Shown here: one piece after another, positions 1 through 8,810 of the stretch
How the letters are laid out: the number at the start of each line of letters is the position of its first letter
How positions within the stretch are numbered: position 1 is the stretch's first letter
Source: an uncultured Ignavibacteriaceae bacterium
Lineage (GTDB): Bacteria; Bacteroidota; Ignavibacteria; UBA10030
Direction of reading: 5' to 3'
Assembly (NCBI GenBank): GCA_964473365.1
Contig: CAYYOV010000014.1
Location: 137 to 64,136, forward strand
DNA: 64,000 nt
Program-made: the position numbers and the translations under genes
Notes under the pieces: model-generated
The model's input: only the letters and a program-made list of their open reading frames with translations
What the model was told of the DNA's origin: nothing
Database searches by the model: none

Positions 1-341
1 AAGATGCGAAGATCGTGCGCAATGGCCGAAACGTCGAAGTCTACATGATCGCGGTTCGTTCCTCCTTCGAGCCGTGGAAGCTCGAGGTCAACAAAGGAGA
101 CAAGGTGACGATCTACCTGACGAACATCGAGCAAACGACGGATGAGCTGCACGGCCTCGGCATCAACGAATACAACATCAATGTCGTCGCCGATCCGGGC
201 GAGACAAAGGTCATCGAATTCGTCGCCGACAAGGCCGGCGTGTTCCCGTTCTATTGCACGAATTTCTGCTCCGCATTGCACCAGGAGATGCAAGGATATC
301 TGCTCGTCAAGGGCGGGTCCGGTTCGCTGACGATGCGGTAG
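1..341 (+). CDS. nosZ: Nitrous-oxide reductase NosZ, C-terminal CuA (cupredoxin) domain; 5' end lies outside the window
   Basis: The ORF is open to the window start in the frame of 15..341. It carries the CuA ligand pattern ELHGLG ... FYCTNFCSALHQEMQG (H, C-x3-C-x3-H-x2-M). It is followed by nosD/F/L/Y. Confidence 0.9.
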   Translation, partial: DAKIVRNGRNVEVYMIAVRSSFEPWKLEVNKGDKVTIYLTNIEQTTDELHGLGINEYNINVVADPGETKVIEFVADKAGVFPFYCTNFCSALHQEMQGYLLVKGGSGSLTMR

Positions 342-358
342 GGAAGTTCCGCCAACGC

Positions 359-386
359 CCCTCCTCCGGATCTCACCGGAGGAGGG
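359..386 (+). terminator. GC-rich intercistronic stem-loop between nosZ and the next gene (possible partial terminator or mRNA-stabilising hairpin)
   Basis: Perfect 11-bp inverted repeat CCCTCCTCCGG / CCGGAGGAGGG with the 6-nt loop ATCTCA, 18 nt after the nosZ stop. No U-tract follows. Confidence 0.4.
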
Positions 387-409
387 TGCGCTCGGCTGAA
401 AGGAGTTAC

Positions 410-1048
410 ATGCAACGATCGCTCGATGTCGCAAACCGTTTCTTTGAGATTCCACTGGATCTGAGGAGCAGGATTCTCGTCTTCATCGCGGCCCTCCTCA
501 TGCTCCCGACGTATATCGCACCGTTGTGGGAAATGACGCTGTATTCCAATCAATTTCCCGAAGGCCTCACGCTGCAGATCTATTCGCACAAACTCGAAGG
601 GGGAAAAACCCCGAACCGTGACGACCTGAAAGAGATCAATGCACTCAACCACTACATCGGCATGAAAGCGCTCCAGGAAGAGGACTTCACAGAATTCCAG
701 TGGATCCCGTTCGTCGTCGGCGGGATGGTCTTGCTCGCTCTTCGCGTTGTCGTCCTGGGCAAAATGGCCGCCCTGGTGGATCTCTTCGTGCTCTTCACAT
801 ACTTTGGACTGTTTTCGCTCTGGAGTTTCTACCACAAGCTCTACGTCTACGGTCATTCGCTTGATCCGACCGCCGCGGTCACGGTGCCACCCTTCACACC
901 TCCGTTGTTCGGTCACCAGACCATGGCAAACTTCGAAGTCTATAATTTCCCATCCGTCGGTTCCTATTTCATGGCATTGGCGCCGTTCGCGCTCCTGGCG
1001 GCCGGTTGGTTCTCGTATCGTGCCCATCGCCGGGAGCTTGTCGCGTGA
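410..1048 (+). CDS. nosB: NosB-like integral membrane protein (4 predicted TM helices)
   Basis: ATG 410 is preceded by AAGGAG (400-405). It has four hydrophobic helices by eye and lies directly 3' of nosZ, as described for clade II nos clusters. The 254-409 part of the tracked ORF overlaps nosZ and is not used. Confidence 0.55.
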   Translation: MQRSLDVANRFFEIPLDLRSRILVFIAALLMLPTYIAPLWEMTLYSNQFPEGLTLQIYSHKLEGGKTPNRDDLKEINALNHYIGMKALQEEDFTEFQWIPFVVGGMVLLALRVVVLGKMAALVDLFVLFTYFGLFSLWSFYHKLYVYGHSLDPTAAVTVPPFTPPLFGHQTMANFEVYNFPSVGSYFMALAPFALLAAGWFSYRAHRRELVA

Positions 1049-1863
1049 TCCGGATTCCGTCACTTCCCCTGACGAGGGAACACGGCTCATGGGCCCTGCT
1101 GGCCGTTCCGCTGGCGATCGGGTCGGCATCGGCAGAGACCGTATCAATGCGGCATGCGGTCCTGGCTCTGGCGGCGTTGGCGGCGTTTCTCAGTTACATT
1201 CCGCTGCAGACGCTCCTGGACCGCTCCACCGACCGGGCGCTTTCTGATGCGACATTGCGTGGTGCTCGTTTTTGGGCCGTGACCTTGATGGGAGGAGCGT
1301 TCACGCTCGGTGGAGGGCTTGTTCTGGTTGGGGAGCTTCATCTTCTCGCCTGGGGTACGGTCGCCGCCACAAGCCTGGTGATCCGGTCGGTGATGAACCG
1401 ATCAAGCGGAAGATCGGCGGGGGCCGATCTGGTGGCAGTGGCGGGGCTCTCCGTCGGCTCTCCGTCGGCGCTCCTCCTCGGGGCCACCGACGACTGGCCG
1501 CGGGCGATCCTGCTCTGGTTACTTGTGGCCCTCTTCTTTGGCTGTTCTGTTGTATACGTGCACATGAAGATGCACAGGACGGCATTCAGGTCCATGAACC
1601 TGCCACTTCGTCGGCGACTTCGTCTCGGCTGGATGCCGTTGACGTATCATGTTTTCGTCATTGTACTTGCTGCCGTGATCGTGCACATGGGCGCCACCAG
1701 CTACATGACGGTGCTTGCGTATCTCCCGATGGCCATCCATGCCCTCATTGGCACCATCCGTCTTTCAGCTCCCGTGCGATTCCGGCGACTCGGTTTCCTG
1801 CTCGTCGGTCAATCGGTCATCTTTGCCGTCCTCCTGACCGGAGCGTGGCGCGGAATGGTATGA
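1045..1863 (+). CDS. YwiC-like polytopic membrane protein
   Basis: GTG 1045 overlaps the previous stop (GTGA). The N-terminal TREHGSWALLAVPLAIG resembles the YwiC-like family N-terminus. It has multiple TM helices, and its stop overlaps the nosD start (ATGA). Confidence 0.6.
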   Translation: MIRIPSLPLTREHGSWALLAVPLAIGSASAETVSMRHAVLALAALAAFLSYIPLQTLLDRSTDRALSDATLRGARFWAVTLMGGAFTLGGGLVLVGELHLLAWGTVAATSLVIRSVMNRSSGRSAGADLVAVAGLSVGSPSALLLGATDDWPRAILLWLLVALFFGCSVVYVHMKMHRTAFRSMNLPLRRRLRLGWMPLTYHVFVIVLAAVIVHMGATSYMTVLAYLPMAIHALIGTIRLSAPVRFRRLGFLLVGQSVIFAVLLTGAWRGMV

Positions 1864-3209
1864 ACCAGGCGACCCATCTCTTGACGGTGGTCCTCGTGGC
1901 CGCCCTGCTCGAAGCTCCGGCGCAGTCGCAGGAGATCCAGTCGTGGATCGACGCTGCAGGGCCGGGGGATACGGTAGTGGTCCCACCGGGCACGTGGACC
2001 GGCAATATCGCCCTCCGGGTACGCACGACGCTCATCGGCCTTCCGGGGGCTACGGTCCGGGGTGACGGAACTGGCAGTTGCATCGTGGTGCTTGCTGATT
2101 CCTGCGTCATCGAAGGACTGGTGATCGAACATTCTGGAGCAGCGTTGGCCCAGGAGCACTCTGGTATCCTTCTGAGGTCTGACGGCAATCGCGTTCGGAA
2201 TAACCGCTTGCGTGACATACTGTTCGGCGTCTACCTCTACCAGTCGGACGACAACGTGATCTCGAACAACGAGATCGCCGGACGGGTGGAGTTGTCCGAA
2301 GGTGAACGAGGGAGCGGGGTGCACATCTGGGATTCATACCGTAACCGTCTTACGGACAATACGATCCACCACATGCGGGACGGCTTCTACTTTCAGAATG
2401 CGTCGCATTCGTGGATCGAAGGGAACGAGGTCTTCGCACTTCGGTACGGCCTTCACTACATGTACGCCGACTCGAACACGTTCGTCGGAAATCGATTTCA
2501 CGACAACGTGGCGGGAGCGGCCGTCATGTATTCCCACGGCATTGTGATGCGGAGAAACACCTTTCTCCGGAACCGAGGTTTCGCGTCGTACGGGATCCTC
2601 TTCCAGGATTGTCACGGGATGAAAGCTGATTCCAATCTCATCGTGGACAACGTCGTCGGCATGTTCTTTGAGGCATCGTCACACAATGACTTCCGATACA
2701 ATGTAATCGCCCAGAATGATATTGCTCTGAAGATGTTCCAGAACTCCGACGAGAATCTCTTTGCCGAGAACGCCTTCATCGACAACCTCATTCCCCTTTC
2801 GGTGGTGGGGAAGAGAACAACGACGCGATGGTCGTCACACGGCCGCGGAAACTACTGGAGCGACTACGATGGCTACGACCTTGATGCCGACGGAGTCGGT
2901 GACGTGCCGCAGACAATCCAAAATGCGTTCGACTACCTTGAGGGACGTCAACCTGCGTTCCGGCTGTACCTCTATAGCACAGCGTCGAAAGCACTGGCAG
3001 CAGCGACCAAGGCCTTTCCCATCCTCCAGCTCTCTTCGGAACGTGATCCAGCGCCACTGATGCGTCCGATCACGGTACGACGAAGTCAGAGCCACGCCTC
3101 AGCGGGCGTTCTGGTCCAGGGCCGGCGGGCGTCGGTACTGCCGTGGCTGTTGACCATCCCGCTCGTAGGAATGGTGATCGTGATCATCGCGCGAAGGCGA
3201 ACGTCATGA
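1860..3209 (+). CDS. nosD: NosD, periplasmic right-handed beta-helix protein for CuZ maturation
   Basis: Signal-like N-terminus MNQATHLLTVVLVAALLEAPAQS. Repeated N-x-I/V-x-x-N beta-helix turns (NNRLRD, SNNEIAG, TDNTIHH, EGNEVF, VGNRFHDN, RRNTFLRN, DSNLIVDN). Sits between nosB-like and nosF. The 1272-1859 part of the tracked ORF is a shadow over the YwiC-like gene. Confidence 0.9.
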   Translation: MNQATHLLTVVLVAALLEAPAQSQEIQSWIDAAGPGDTVVVPPGTWTGNIALRVRTTLIGLPGATVRGDGTGSCIVVLADSCVIEGLVIEHSGAALAQEHSGILLRSDGNRVRNNRLRDILFGVYLYQSDDNVISNNEIAGRVELSEGERGSGVHIWDSYRNRLTDNTIHHMRDGFYFQNASHSWIEGNEVFALRYGLHYMYADSNTFVGNRFHDNVAGAAVMYSHGIVMRRNTFLRNRGFASYGILFQDCHGMKADSNLIVDNVVGMFFEASSHNDFRYNVIAQNDIALKMFQNSDENLFAENAFIDNLIPLSVVGKRTTTRWSSHGRGNYWSDYDGYDLDADGVGDVPQTIQNAFDYLEGRQPAFRLYLYSTASKALAAATKAFPILQLSSERDPAPLMRPITVRRSQSHASAGVLVQGRRASVLPWLLTIPLVGMVIVIIARRRTS

Positions 3210-3964
3210 TCGTCCAAGTCGAAAACCTTACAAAGCGGTACGGGTCGTTCACCGCAATCGACGGGGTCTCGTTCGATGTTGGTCGCGGTCAGGTGTTCGC
3301 GCTCCTGGGTCCGAACGGCAGCGGCAAGACGACAACGATGAAATGCCTCGTGGGGCTCAACGTTGCGACGTCAGGGCAGATCGTGGTGAACGGCGTCGAT
3401 GCGATCGGCTCCTCGAATGCCGCCCGACAGCACATCAGCTACCTTCCGCAACGCGTGGTGTTTCCCGAATCACTCACGGCCCGAGAGATCCTGCGATTTC
3501 ACGCACGGCTACGCGGGCTGTCGAATGACGTCGCGGACGAGGCGTTGGAAGGAGCGCGATTCAACGGATCCGCGCACAAGCCGGTGGGTACGTTCTCCGG
3601 AGGCATGGTTCAACGACTGGGACTGGCGGTCGCCGCGCTCGCGTCCGCTCCGGTGTTGTTGCTCGACGAACCGACGGCAAGTCTAGATCCAGAGGGCGTC
3701 GTTCGTTTCCGAGCGTTCGTGCGGGAACAACGGTCTCGCGGCACAACGGTCATTTTCTCCACGCACCTTTTGTCGGAGGTGGAACAGCTCGCCGATCGGG
3801 TGGCGGTTTTCGTTGGCGGAAAGCTCGTGGCTCGGACGGGGATCGACGAGATCAGACGTACGTTTATGGCGAATGGAACGATCGAGGACATGTATCTTCA
3901 TTTTGTCGGAGGCGGTAATGAACATGCGTACGAAAGTAAGCAGAGTGAAATACCCAAGAATTAG
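3206..3964 (+). CDS. nosF: NosF, ABC transporter ATP-binding subunit
   Basis: Walker A GPNGSGKTT, ABC signature FSGGMVQRL, Walker B LLLDEP. The start overlaps the nosD stop (ATGA). Confidence 0.9.
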   Translation: MIVQVENLTKRYGSFTAIDGVSFDVGRGQVFALLGPNGSGKTTTMKCLVGLNVATSGQIVVNGVDAIGSSNAARQHISYLPQRVVFPESLTAREILRFHARLRGLSNDVADEALEGARFNGSAHKPVGTFSGGMVQRLGLAVAALASAPVLLLDEPTASLDPEGVVRFRAFVREQRSRGTTVIFSTHLLSEVEQLADRVAVFVGGKLVARTGIDEIRRTFMANGTIEDMYLHFVGGGNEHAYESKQSEIPKN

Positions 3965-4394
3965 CGCGCATTCGTTGATCGGGTGTGCGATGCTGGTTTG
4001 GACTGCCGGGTGTTCTTCGGGCGAATTGCGCCCGGTTGACCTCTATCCGGAGGACGCATGCGCAATGTGCCGGATGGCCGTTTCAGACCCGGCGTTCGCG
4101 TCCGAAATCATCACGGAGGAGGGCGAAGCGCTCAAATTCGACGACCTTCGTTGCCTGGAGAACTATCGCCGTGAGCATGCCACGATGAAGATCAAGGCCG
4201 TCTTCGTCAAGGACTATGTGACGAAGTCGTGGTTGCCTTTCGAGAAGAGCGTGATTGTGCGGACGAGTATCGACACGCCCATGGGATCGGGACGGATCGC
4301 CACTTCGGGTTCCGACGAAGCGAAACGTCTCGTGGACGCCTTTCCACCTGCGGCCGATGAGACGGCCTGTTGTCCTGACTGTGCGACGAAATGA
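3918..4394 (+). CDS. nosL: NosL, copper-binding lipoprotein
   Basis: Lipobox-like WTAGC, the EDACAMCRMAV motif typical of NosL, and size. The start is uncertain (3918 or 3924), and the gene overlaps the nosF 3' end in another frame. Confidence 0.8.
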   Translation: MNMRTKVSRVKYPRISAHSLIGCAMLVWTAGCSSGELRPVDLYPEDACAMCRMAVSDPAFASEIITEEGEALKFDDLRCLENYRREHATMKIKAVFVKDYVTKSWLPFEKSVIVRTSIDTPMGSGRIATSGSDEAKRLVDAFPPAADETACCPDCATK

Positions 4395-5224
4395 GCGCGC
4401 TGAAGCAATTCGGGGCGATCGCGGGCCAGGAGTGGACCGTCCATGCCAGAAATCGGTGGACGATCGTCGTGGCCGCGACGTTCGCCGTGCTCGTCGTGGC
4501 CATCGCCAGTGCGGGCATGATGGCCGAAGGGTTCGAGGGCGTTCAATCGTTCCGGAGAACGTCCACGAGTCTGCTGAATCTCGTTGTGACGTTCATTCCT
4601 CTTCTGGCGCTGATCGTCGGCACGCTGAGCTTCACTGGCGACCGGGGGAGTGCCGAGCTTCTCTTCTCACAGCCAGTGAGCCGAGGGACGGTCCTCTTGG
4701 GCAAAGCAGCGGGTGTCGTCGCATCGCTGTGGAGTTCCATGCTCGCCGGATTCGTTGGCTCGGGAGCCATCATCCTTGCAACGAGCGGCGTTGAAGGACT
4801 CTTTCCGTACCTCTCCCTGGTCGCGCTGTCGCTCGTCCTGGCGGCAGTGTTTGTCGCGATCGCAGTGGCCTCCGCGATTGCCGCACGTCGCAAGGTCCGA
4901 GCCTTTGGGATCTCGCTCGCGTTGTGGTTCTTCTTCGTTCTCTTCTACGACCTCCTAATCATCGGCACTGTTACGTTCATCGATGGTCCGCTAGCCACGA
5001 CGACGCTCTTTGTGTCGCTCTTCGGAAATCCCGTTGACATGATACGAGTCGCGGCACTTCTTTCGATGGAGAATGCCGCGATCTTCGGACCTTCCGGTGC
5101 GGCGCTTCTTCGCTTTCTGGGAGGGGCGTGGGCCAGCGGGATCGCTATTGCCGCGGGGCTTGCGTTGTGGATCGTCTGTCCGCTCTACCTTGGACAGCGG
5201 TTGTTGAAGCGCCAGGACCTGTGA
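4391..5224 (+). CDS. nosY: NosY, ABC-2 type permease
   Basis: Six hydrophobic helices. The start overlaps the nosL stop (ATGA). It lies in nos context. Confidence 0.85.
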   Translation: MSALKQFGAIAGQEWTVHARNRWTIVVAATFAVLVVAIASAGMMAEGFEGVQSFRRTSTSLLNLVVTFIPLLALIVGTLSFTGDRGSAELLFSQPVSRGTVLLGKAAGVVASLWSSMLAGFVGSGAIILATSGVEGLFPYLSLVALSLVLAAVFVAIAVASAIAARRKVRAFGISLALWFFFVLFYDLLIIGTVTFIDGPLATTTLFVSLFGNPVDMIRVAALLSMENAAIFGPSGAALLRFLGGAWASGIAIAAGLALWIVCPLYLGQRLLKRQDL

Positions 5225-5247
5225 TCGGAAGAACGATCGTCGACATC

Positions 5248-6468
5248 ATGAATTGCCGAGACTCTACGTGCGGAAGCGTGTTGATCGTTCCGGTGTTCGC
5301 TGCCGTCACGCTAGCGGTGGGATGCAACCACGACCAGAGCGAGATCCAGCATTTCAACACTCGGTCAACGCTTGTAGCGGTCTCGGCTCCCGAGGGTGTG
5401 TCGGTGACCCTTCTTCAGTCGGGTGACGGGATTGATGATCTTCGCAACGTCAGCGAGCACGCGGAGGGCGAACGTTGGCTCGAGCCGGGCCGATGGGTGC
5501 TCCAGGCCTCAGAGGGCGGGAGAACCTGGTACTATCCGGTCACCACCTCCAGATACCGGGGAGGTCCGGACGACGACGGGCGACTGATCGTCAGTGTCCG
5601 TCGACCTACCGATGAAAGCCCTGCAGAGTTCTTCGGCATGCGGTTCGTGACTGTTCCCAGCGGGTGGTTCCTCTGTGGCGACAGGCGAAATCCGCAAGAA
5701 CCGCGATACGTCTGGCTCACCACCTACTTCATGTTGGAGGGCGAGGTCACGAACCGCGCGTATCGGGCGTTTCTTGCATCTCCGTCAGGATGGGGAAACG
5801 ACTCGAATTGGACTCCGGAAGGCATCGAATGGCGCCGAAGGACGTCTACCCGTAGTTCCGCTGCACTTTCTCCCGATCATCGGGAGTATGCGCGTTTCGG
5901 CCAGGAGGATCTCCCTGTAACAAATGTTACGTGGTACGAGGCCACTGCATTCGCCTCTTGGGCGAAAGAGGTGTTTGGAGCTGGCCTCTGGGATATCGCA
6001 CTTCCGGACGAGTCAGAATGGGAAAAAAGTGCGCGAGGTCCTGACGACTGTGAGTACGGACTCAGTCAATCGATCAGCGACCGAGAAGCGGAATGGTATA
6101 ATTGGAGAAAGAACCCAGGGGCCCAGTTCACGGTCGTCTCATGCTCGGATCCAGCACATTCGTACCGACCGAATCGATACGGATTGTTCCACATGGCTGG
6201 AAATGTTACCGAATGGACGAGCTCCATTTCGACGCCCACCGGAAGGCCGTCATCCCGCCACGAGGATAGTCGGGATCTGAACACGACACCGGCTCAGCGC
6301 ATCGCTCGGGGCGGATCTTGGTACAGCGCCAGCGTTGCATTGTTGAACGTAACCTACCGCGAGACGTTTCCACCAGAACACTCCACCCACGAGTTGGGCT
6401 TTCGGCTCCGTGCTCGCAGGGTGCCCAGGCTTGTTCGCCCCCACGATCCTTCTCATCTCGGAGGATAG
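5248..6468 (+). CDS. FGE-sulfatase (SUMF1) domain lipoprotein, NirV-like
   Basis: Lipoprotein-like N-terminus ...AAVTLAVGCNHD. FGE-domain motifs are present: VTNRAYRAFL, VTWYEATAFASWA, NRYGLFHMAGNVTEW, ARGGSWYS. An alternative GTG start at 5221 overlaps the nosY stop. Confidence 0.8.
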   Translation: MNCRDSTCGSVLIVPVFAAVTLAVGCNHDQSEIQHFNTRSTLVAVSAPEGVSVTLLQSGDGIDDLRNVSEHAEGERWLEPGRWVLQASEGGRTWYYPVTTSRYRGGPDDDGRLIVSVRRPTDESPAEFFGMRFVTVPSGWFLCGDRRNPQEPRYVWLTTYFMLEGEVTNRAYRAFLASPSGWGNDSNWTPEGIEWRRRTSTRSSAALSPDHREYARFGQEDLPVTNVTWYEATAFASWAKEVFGAGLWDIALPDESEWEKSARGPDDCEYGLSQSISDREAEWYNWRKNPGAQFTVVSCSDPAHSYRPNRYGLFHMAGNVTEWTSSISTPTGRPSSRHEDSRDLNTTPAQRIARGGSWYSASVALLNVTYRETFPPEHSTHELGFRLRARRVPRLVRPHDPSHLGG

Positions 6469-6545
6469 GGTTTGTGCGGAGCCGCTCAATTCCCTCACAC
6501 AGTTCTTCTGCATCTGCGGCAGGCTGTATCCTGTTCGCATGGTGA

Positions 6546-6848
6546 AGGCGAGACTCGATCTCCGTCAGCACGGCTGATCAATTCGGTCAACGCTCTCATA
6601 CACCTCCGGACCGATTCCTACGTTCGCTCATCCAAATCCAACGGCCGTCGGACCTTGTGCGGACGAGGCAAGAGCATCAGCGGTACACGGAAAAGGCAAA
6701 GGCCGCGACGAAGTCACAACTTGTGAGCAGCTCCCTGGAACCGGACGTGTGGTCCGCGATGCGGACCGAAGGGGTGACGGGGTTTCTGCAGAAGCCATAC
6801 GACCTGGACACATTGGCGGCGAGCATTCGAGCGGTCCTGCAGCCGTAG
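6546..6848 (+). pseudogene. Possible decayed response-regulator receiver fragment
   Basis: The C-terminal 45 aa (SQLVSSSLEPDVWSAMRTEGVTGFLQKPYDLDTLAASIRAVLQP) look like the beta4-alpha5 part of a receiver domain. An in-frame stop at 6543 removes the N-terminal acidic pocket. The expected phospho-acceptor region reads DLVRTRQ rather than DLVLxD. Confidence 0.3.
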
Positions 6849-6855
6849 GCCGGGG

Positions 6856-7590
6856 TCAGCGGTCCATCAGCTCGCGGAGCCGGTCGTATCCGGCGCGACT
6901 CACGTTCCACGTTGAACCATCTTTGAGTGTTGCCACGCGGCTGTCCTTGGCGTAGAGCTCGATCTTCGCCAACCGGTCGATATTGATGATGGTCGATCGG
7001 TGGATCCGCACAAACCGACGGGGGTCGAGATGTGACTCAATCTCGCCCATCGTCTGCTGCTTCAAGAACTTCCTACCACCCGCCATTACCTGCACGTAGT
7101 CGTCCTGGGCCGTTATCACATCGACCGTCTCGGCCGGGACGACGTGCACATTCCCTCCGTCTCGGATGAGGATGCGGTCGGTCCGTTGTTCACCGAGCGC
7201 CGCCAAGGTGCGCATGGCAGGAACGGCATGCCGACGGACCGCAGAGCTCGCTTTGTCCCACGCTTGACGAAAGCGTGCCTCGTCGACCGGCTTGAGCAGA
7301 TAATCGACGGCATTGACTTCGAACGCTCGTACCGCATGTTCGTCGTGTGCCGTGACGAAGATAACGGCAAACGTTCCATCCACCAGCTCGAGCACCTCGA
7401 ATCCGTTCAGCTTCGGCATCTGGACGTCGATGAGCACGATGTCCGGCCTCAATTCCTGAATGGCCTTCACGGCCTCGAACCCGTTTGCGCATTCGGCCAC
7501 CACCTCGGCATCAGCGAGCGCGGTGACATGCTCACGTACCAGCCGGCGTGCCAACGGTTCGTCATCGACAATGATAGTGCGGAGTGGCAT
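6856..7590 (-). CDS. LytR/AlgR-family response regulator (receiver + LytTR DNA-binding domain)
   Basis: Receiver motifs IIVDDEPLARR and DIVLIDVQMPKLNGFE. The C-terminal LytTR-like region reads VDYVQVMAGGRKFLKQQTMGEIESHL...FVRIHRSTIINI. An alternative GTG start lies at 7596. Confidence 0.9.
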   Translation of the reverse strand: MPLRTIIVDDEPLARRLVREHVTALADAEVVAECANGFEAVKAIQELRPDIVLIDVQMPKLNGFEVLELVDGTFAVIFVTAHDEHAVRAFEVNAVDYLLKPVDEARFRQAWDKASSAVRRHAVPAMRTLAALGEQRTDRILIRDGGNVHVVPAETVDVITAQDDYVQVMAGGRKFLKQQTMGEIESHLDPRRFVRIHRSTIINIDRLAKIELYAKDSRVATLKDGSTWNVSRAGYDRLRELMDR

Positions 7591-7592
7591 GG

Positions 7593-8639
7593 TCACAGAT
7601 CGCTGGGGAGGACGATATCGACCACAAACGAACCGCCCTCACGACGGGCGTCGACACTGGCCTCACCTGCGGCAATGGCTCGCAGGCGAGCCCGGACGGC
7701 TTCGAGTCCGAAGGATGTGCCCCCAGCCGGAGGGCTTTCGGGGTCGAGTGGGTTGGCCACACGAACATGCACCTGCGATCCGCGGACCTGTGCGGCGACC
7801 TCGATGCATCCGCCGTCGAGCATGCGGGCGATGCCGTGCTTGACCGCATTTTCGATAAGGGGCTGGAGCAGGAGTGAGGGGACGCGACGCGTCCGAACGT
7901 CGTCCGAGATGTTGAAGGACACCATCAGCCGATCGCCGAATCGGACCTTTTCAATCTCGAGGTACTGGCGAACGAGCGTCAGTTCCGTCTCGAAGGTCGT
8001 CAGCGGTTGGCGGCCAGCATCGACGCTGGCGCGGAAGAATCCGGCCAGACGTTCCGTCATGGTGCGTGCGGCCGCAGGATCGGCCGTGGTCAGCGCACTG
8101 ATGGAATTCAGGCTGTTGAAGAGGAAATGCGGGTCGATCTGGGCCCGAAGGGCCTTCAACTCTGACTCGCGCGCCAGCAACTGAGATTCAAACGAGTGCC
8201 GTTCTGCCTCGCGCGACGATTCAAATGCGGCAAGCAAATAGTGCGTCGCGGCAGCGAGGAGATAGAGCACGATGCCGCCACCGAACAACAACCGGAGTTC
8301 GGTCGAAGCCAGGTTCACCTGCAGGTCCATCATGCCACGAGTGGCGGAGGCCCATCCTTGCAGAAGGAGGACCAGTCCCGAGCTCGACACAAGCGCCGCC
8401 ACGATATGGACGCCTACCAGCCGGGATGCTGGAATAGTTGCGATCGGCATGGCGCGCACCAAATACCACGTCGATAGCGAAAAGGCGCCGTACAGGAGGG
8501 TAACAGGCAAGATCAGGATAGCAGCCTCGAGCCAGCCGAGGCGTCCGGGTGCAATCAGGACCGTGAGGAGCGCTCCAATGGAGGTCCATCCACCCAGATA
8601 CAGCAGGAGTCGTTCGCGACGGGCGAGGAGCGGATGCAT
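7593..8639 (-). CDS. LytS/YehU-type sensor histidine kinase
   Basis: N-terminal TM helices, H-box region QIDPHFLFNSLNSI (His_kinase family) and an HATPase-like C-terminus. An upstream GTG at 8786 is an alternative start. Confidence 0.85.
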   Translation of the reverse strand: MHPLLARRERLLLYLGGWTSIGALLTVLIAPGRLGWLEAAILILPVTLLYGAFSLSTWYLVRAMPIATIPASRLVGVHIVAALVSSSGLVLLLQGWASATRGMMDLQVNLASTELRLLFGGGIVLYLLAAATHYLLAAFESSREAERHSFESQLLARESELKALRAQIDPHFLFNSLNSISALTTADPAAARTMTERLAGFFRASVDAGRQPLTTFETELTLVRQYLEIEKVRFGDRLMVSFNISDDVRTRRVPSLLLQPLIENAVKHGIARMLDGGCIEVAAQVRGSQVHVRVANPLDPESPPAGGTSFGLEAVRARLRAIAAGEASVDARREGGSFVVDIVLPSDL

Positions 8640-8810
8640 GAAGGCAAGATACGCGGAAGCTGGCTGGAAGTCTACGTGTACATCGCCGGCATCAAATGAG
8701 AGGAATATCTCCGAAGGATACCAATCGGGTTGAGCATCGCGAGCACGGATGAGATGCGTCTCCGTGCTCGCGACCTCGCCGCACACTTCATGCGCCTCGG
8801 GGAGACGCTT

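Noticed and set aside
251-1147. Long antisense or alternative-frame ORFs throughout the window, for example 251-1147(-), 7144-8184(+), 15325-16395(+), 33237-34373(+), 39774-41285(-), 40981-42465(-), 55410-56705(-), 56423-58090(-), 58100-59515(-), 59864-60895(-) and 62140-63729(-)
   Set aside because: Each lies entirely over a gene on the other strand or frame that has clear family motifs. Their translations are Arg/Pro/Gly/Ala-rich with no recognisable motifs. That is the usual shadow-ORF behaviour of GC-rich DNA.
1272-1859. N-terminal extensions of tracked ORFs, for example nosD from 1272, nosF from 3143, the FGE protein from 5128, DUF302 from 46126, the ECF sigma to 38364, GH92 from 23267 and PsrA from 38886
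   Set aside because: The extensions overlap the preceding gene in another frame and are Arg/Gly/Pro-rich. They precede obvious signal peptides or conserved N-termini, and internal starts give ATGA/GTGA coupling or a Shine-Dalgarno-like sequence.
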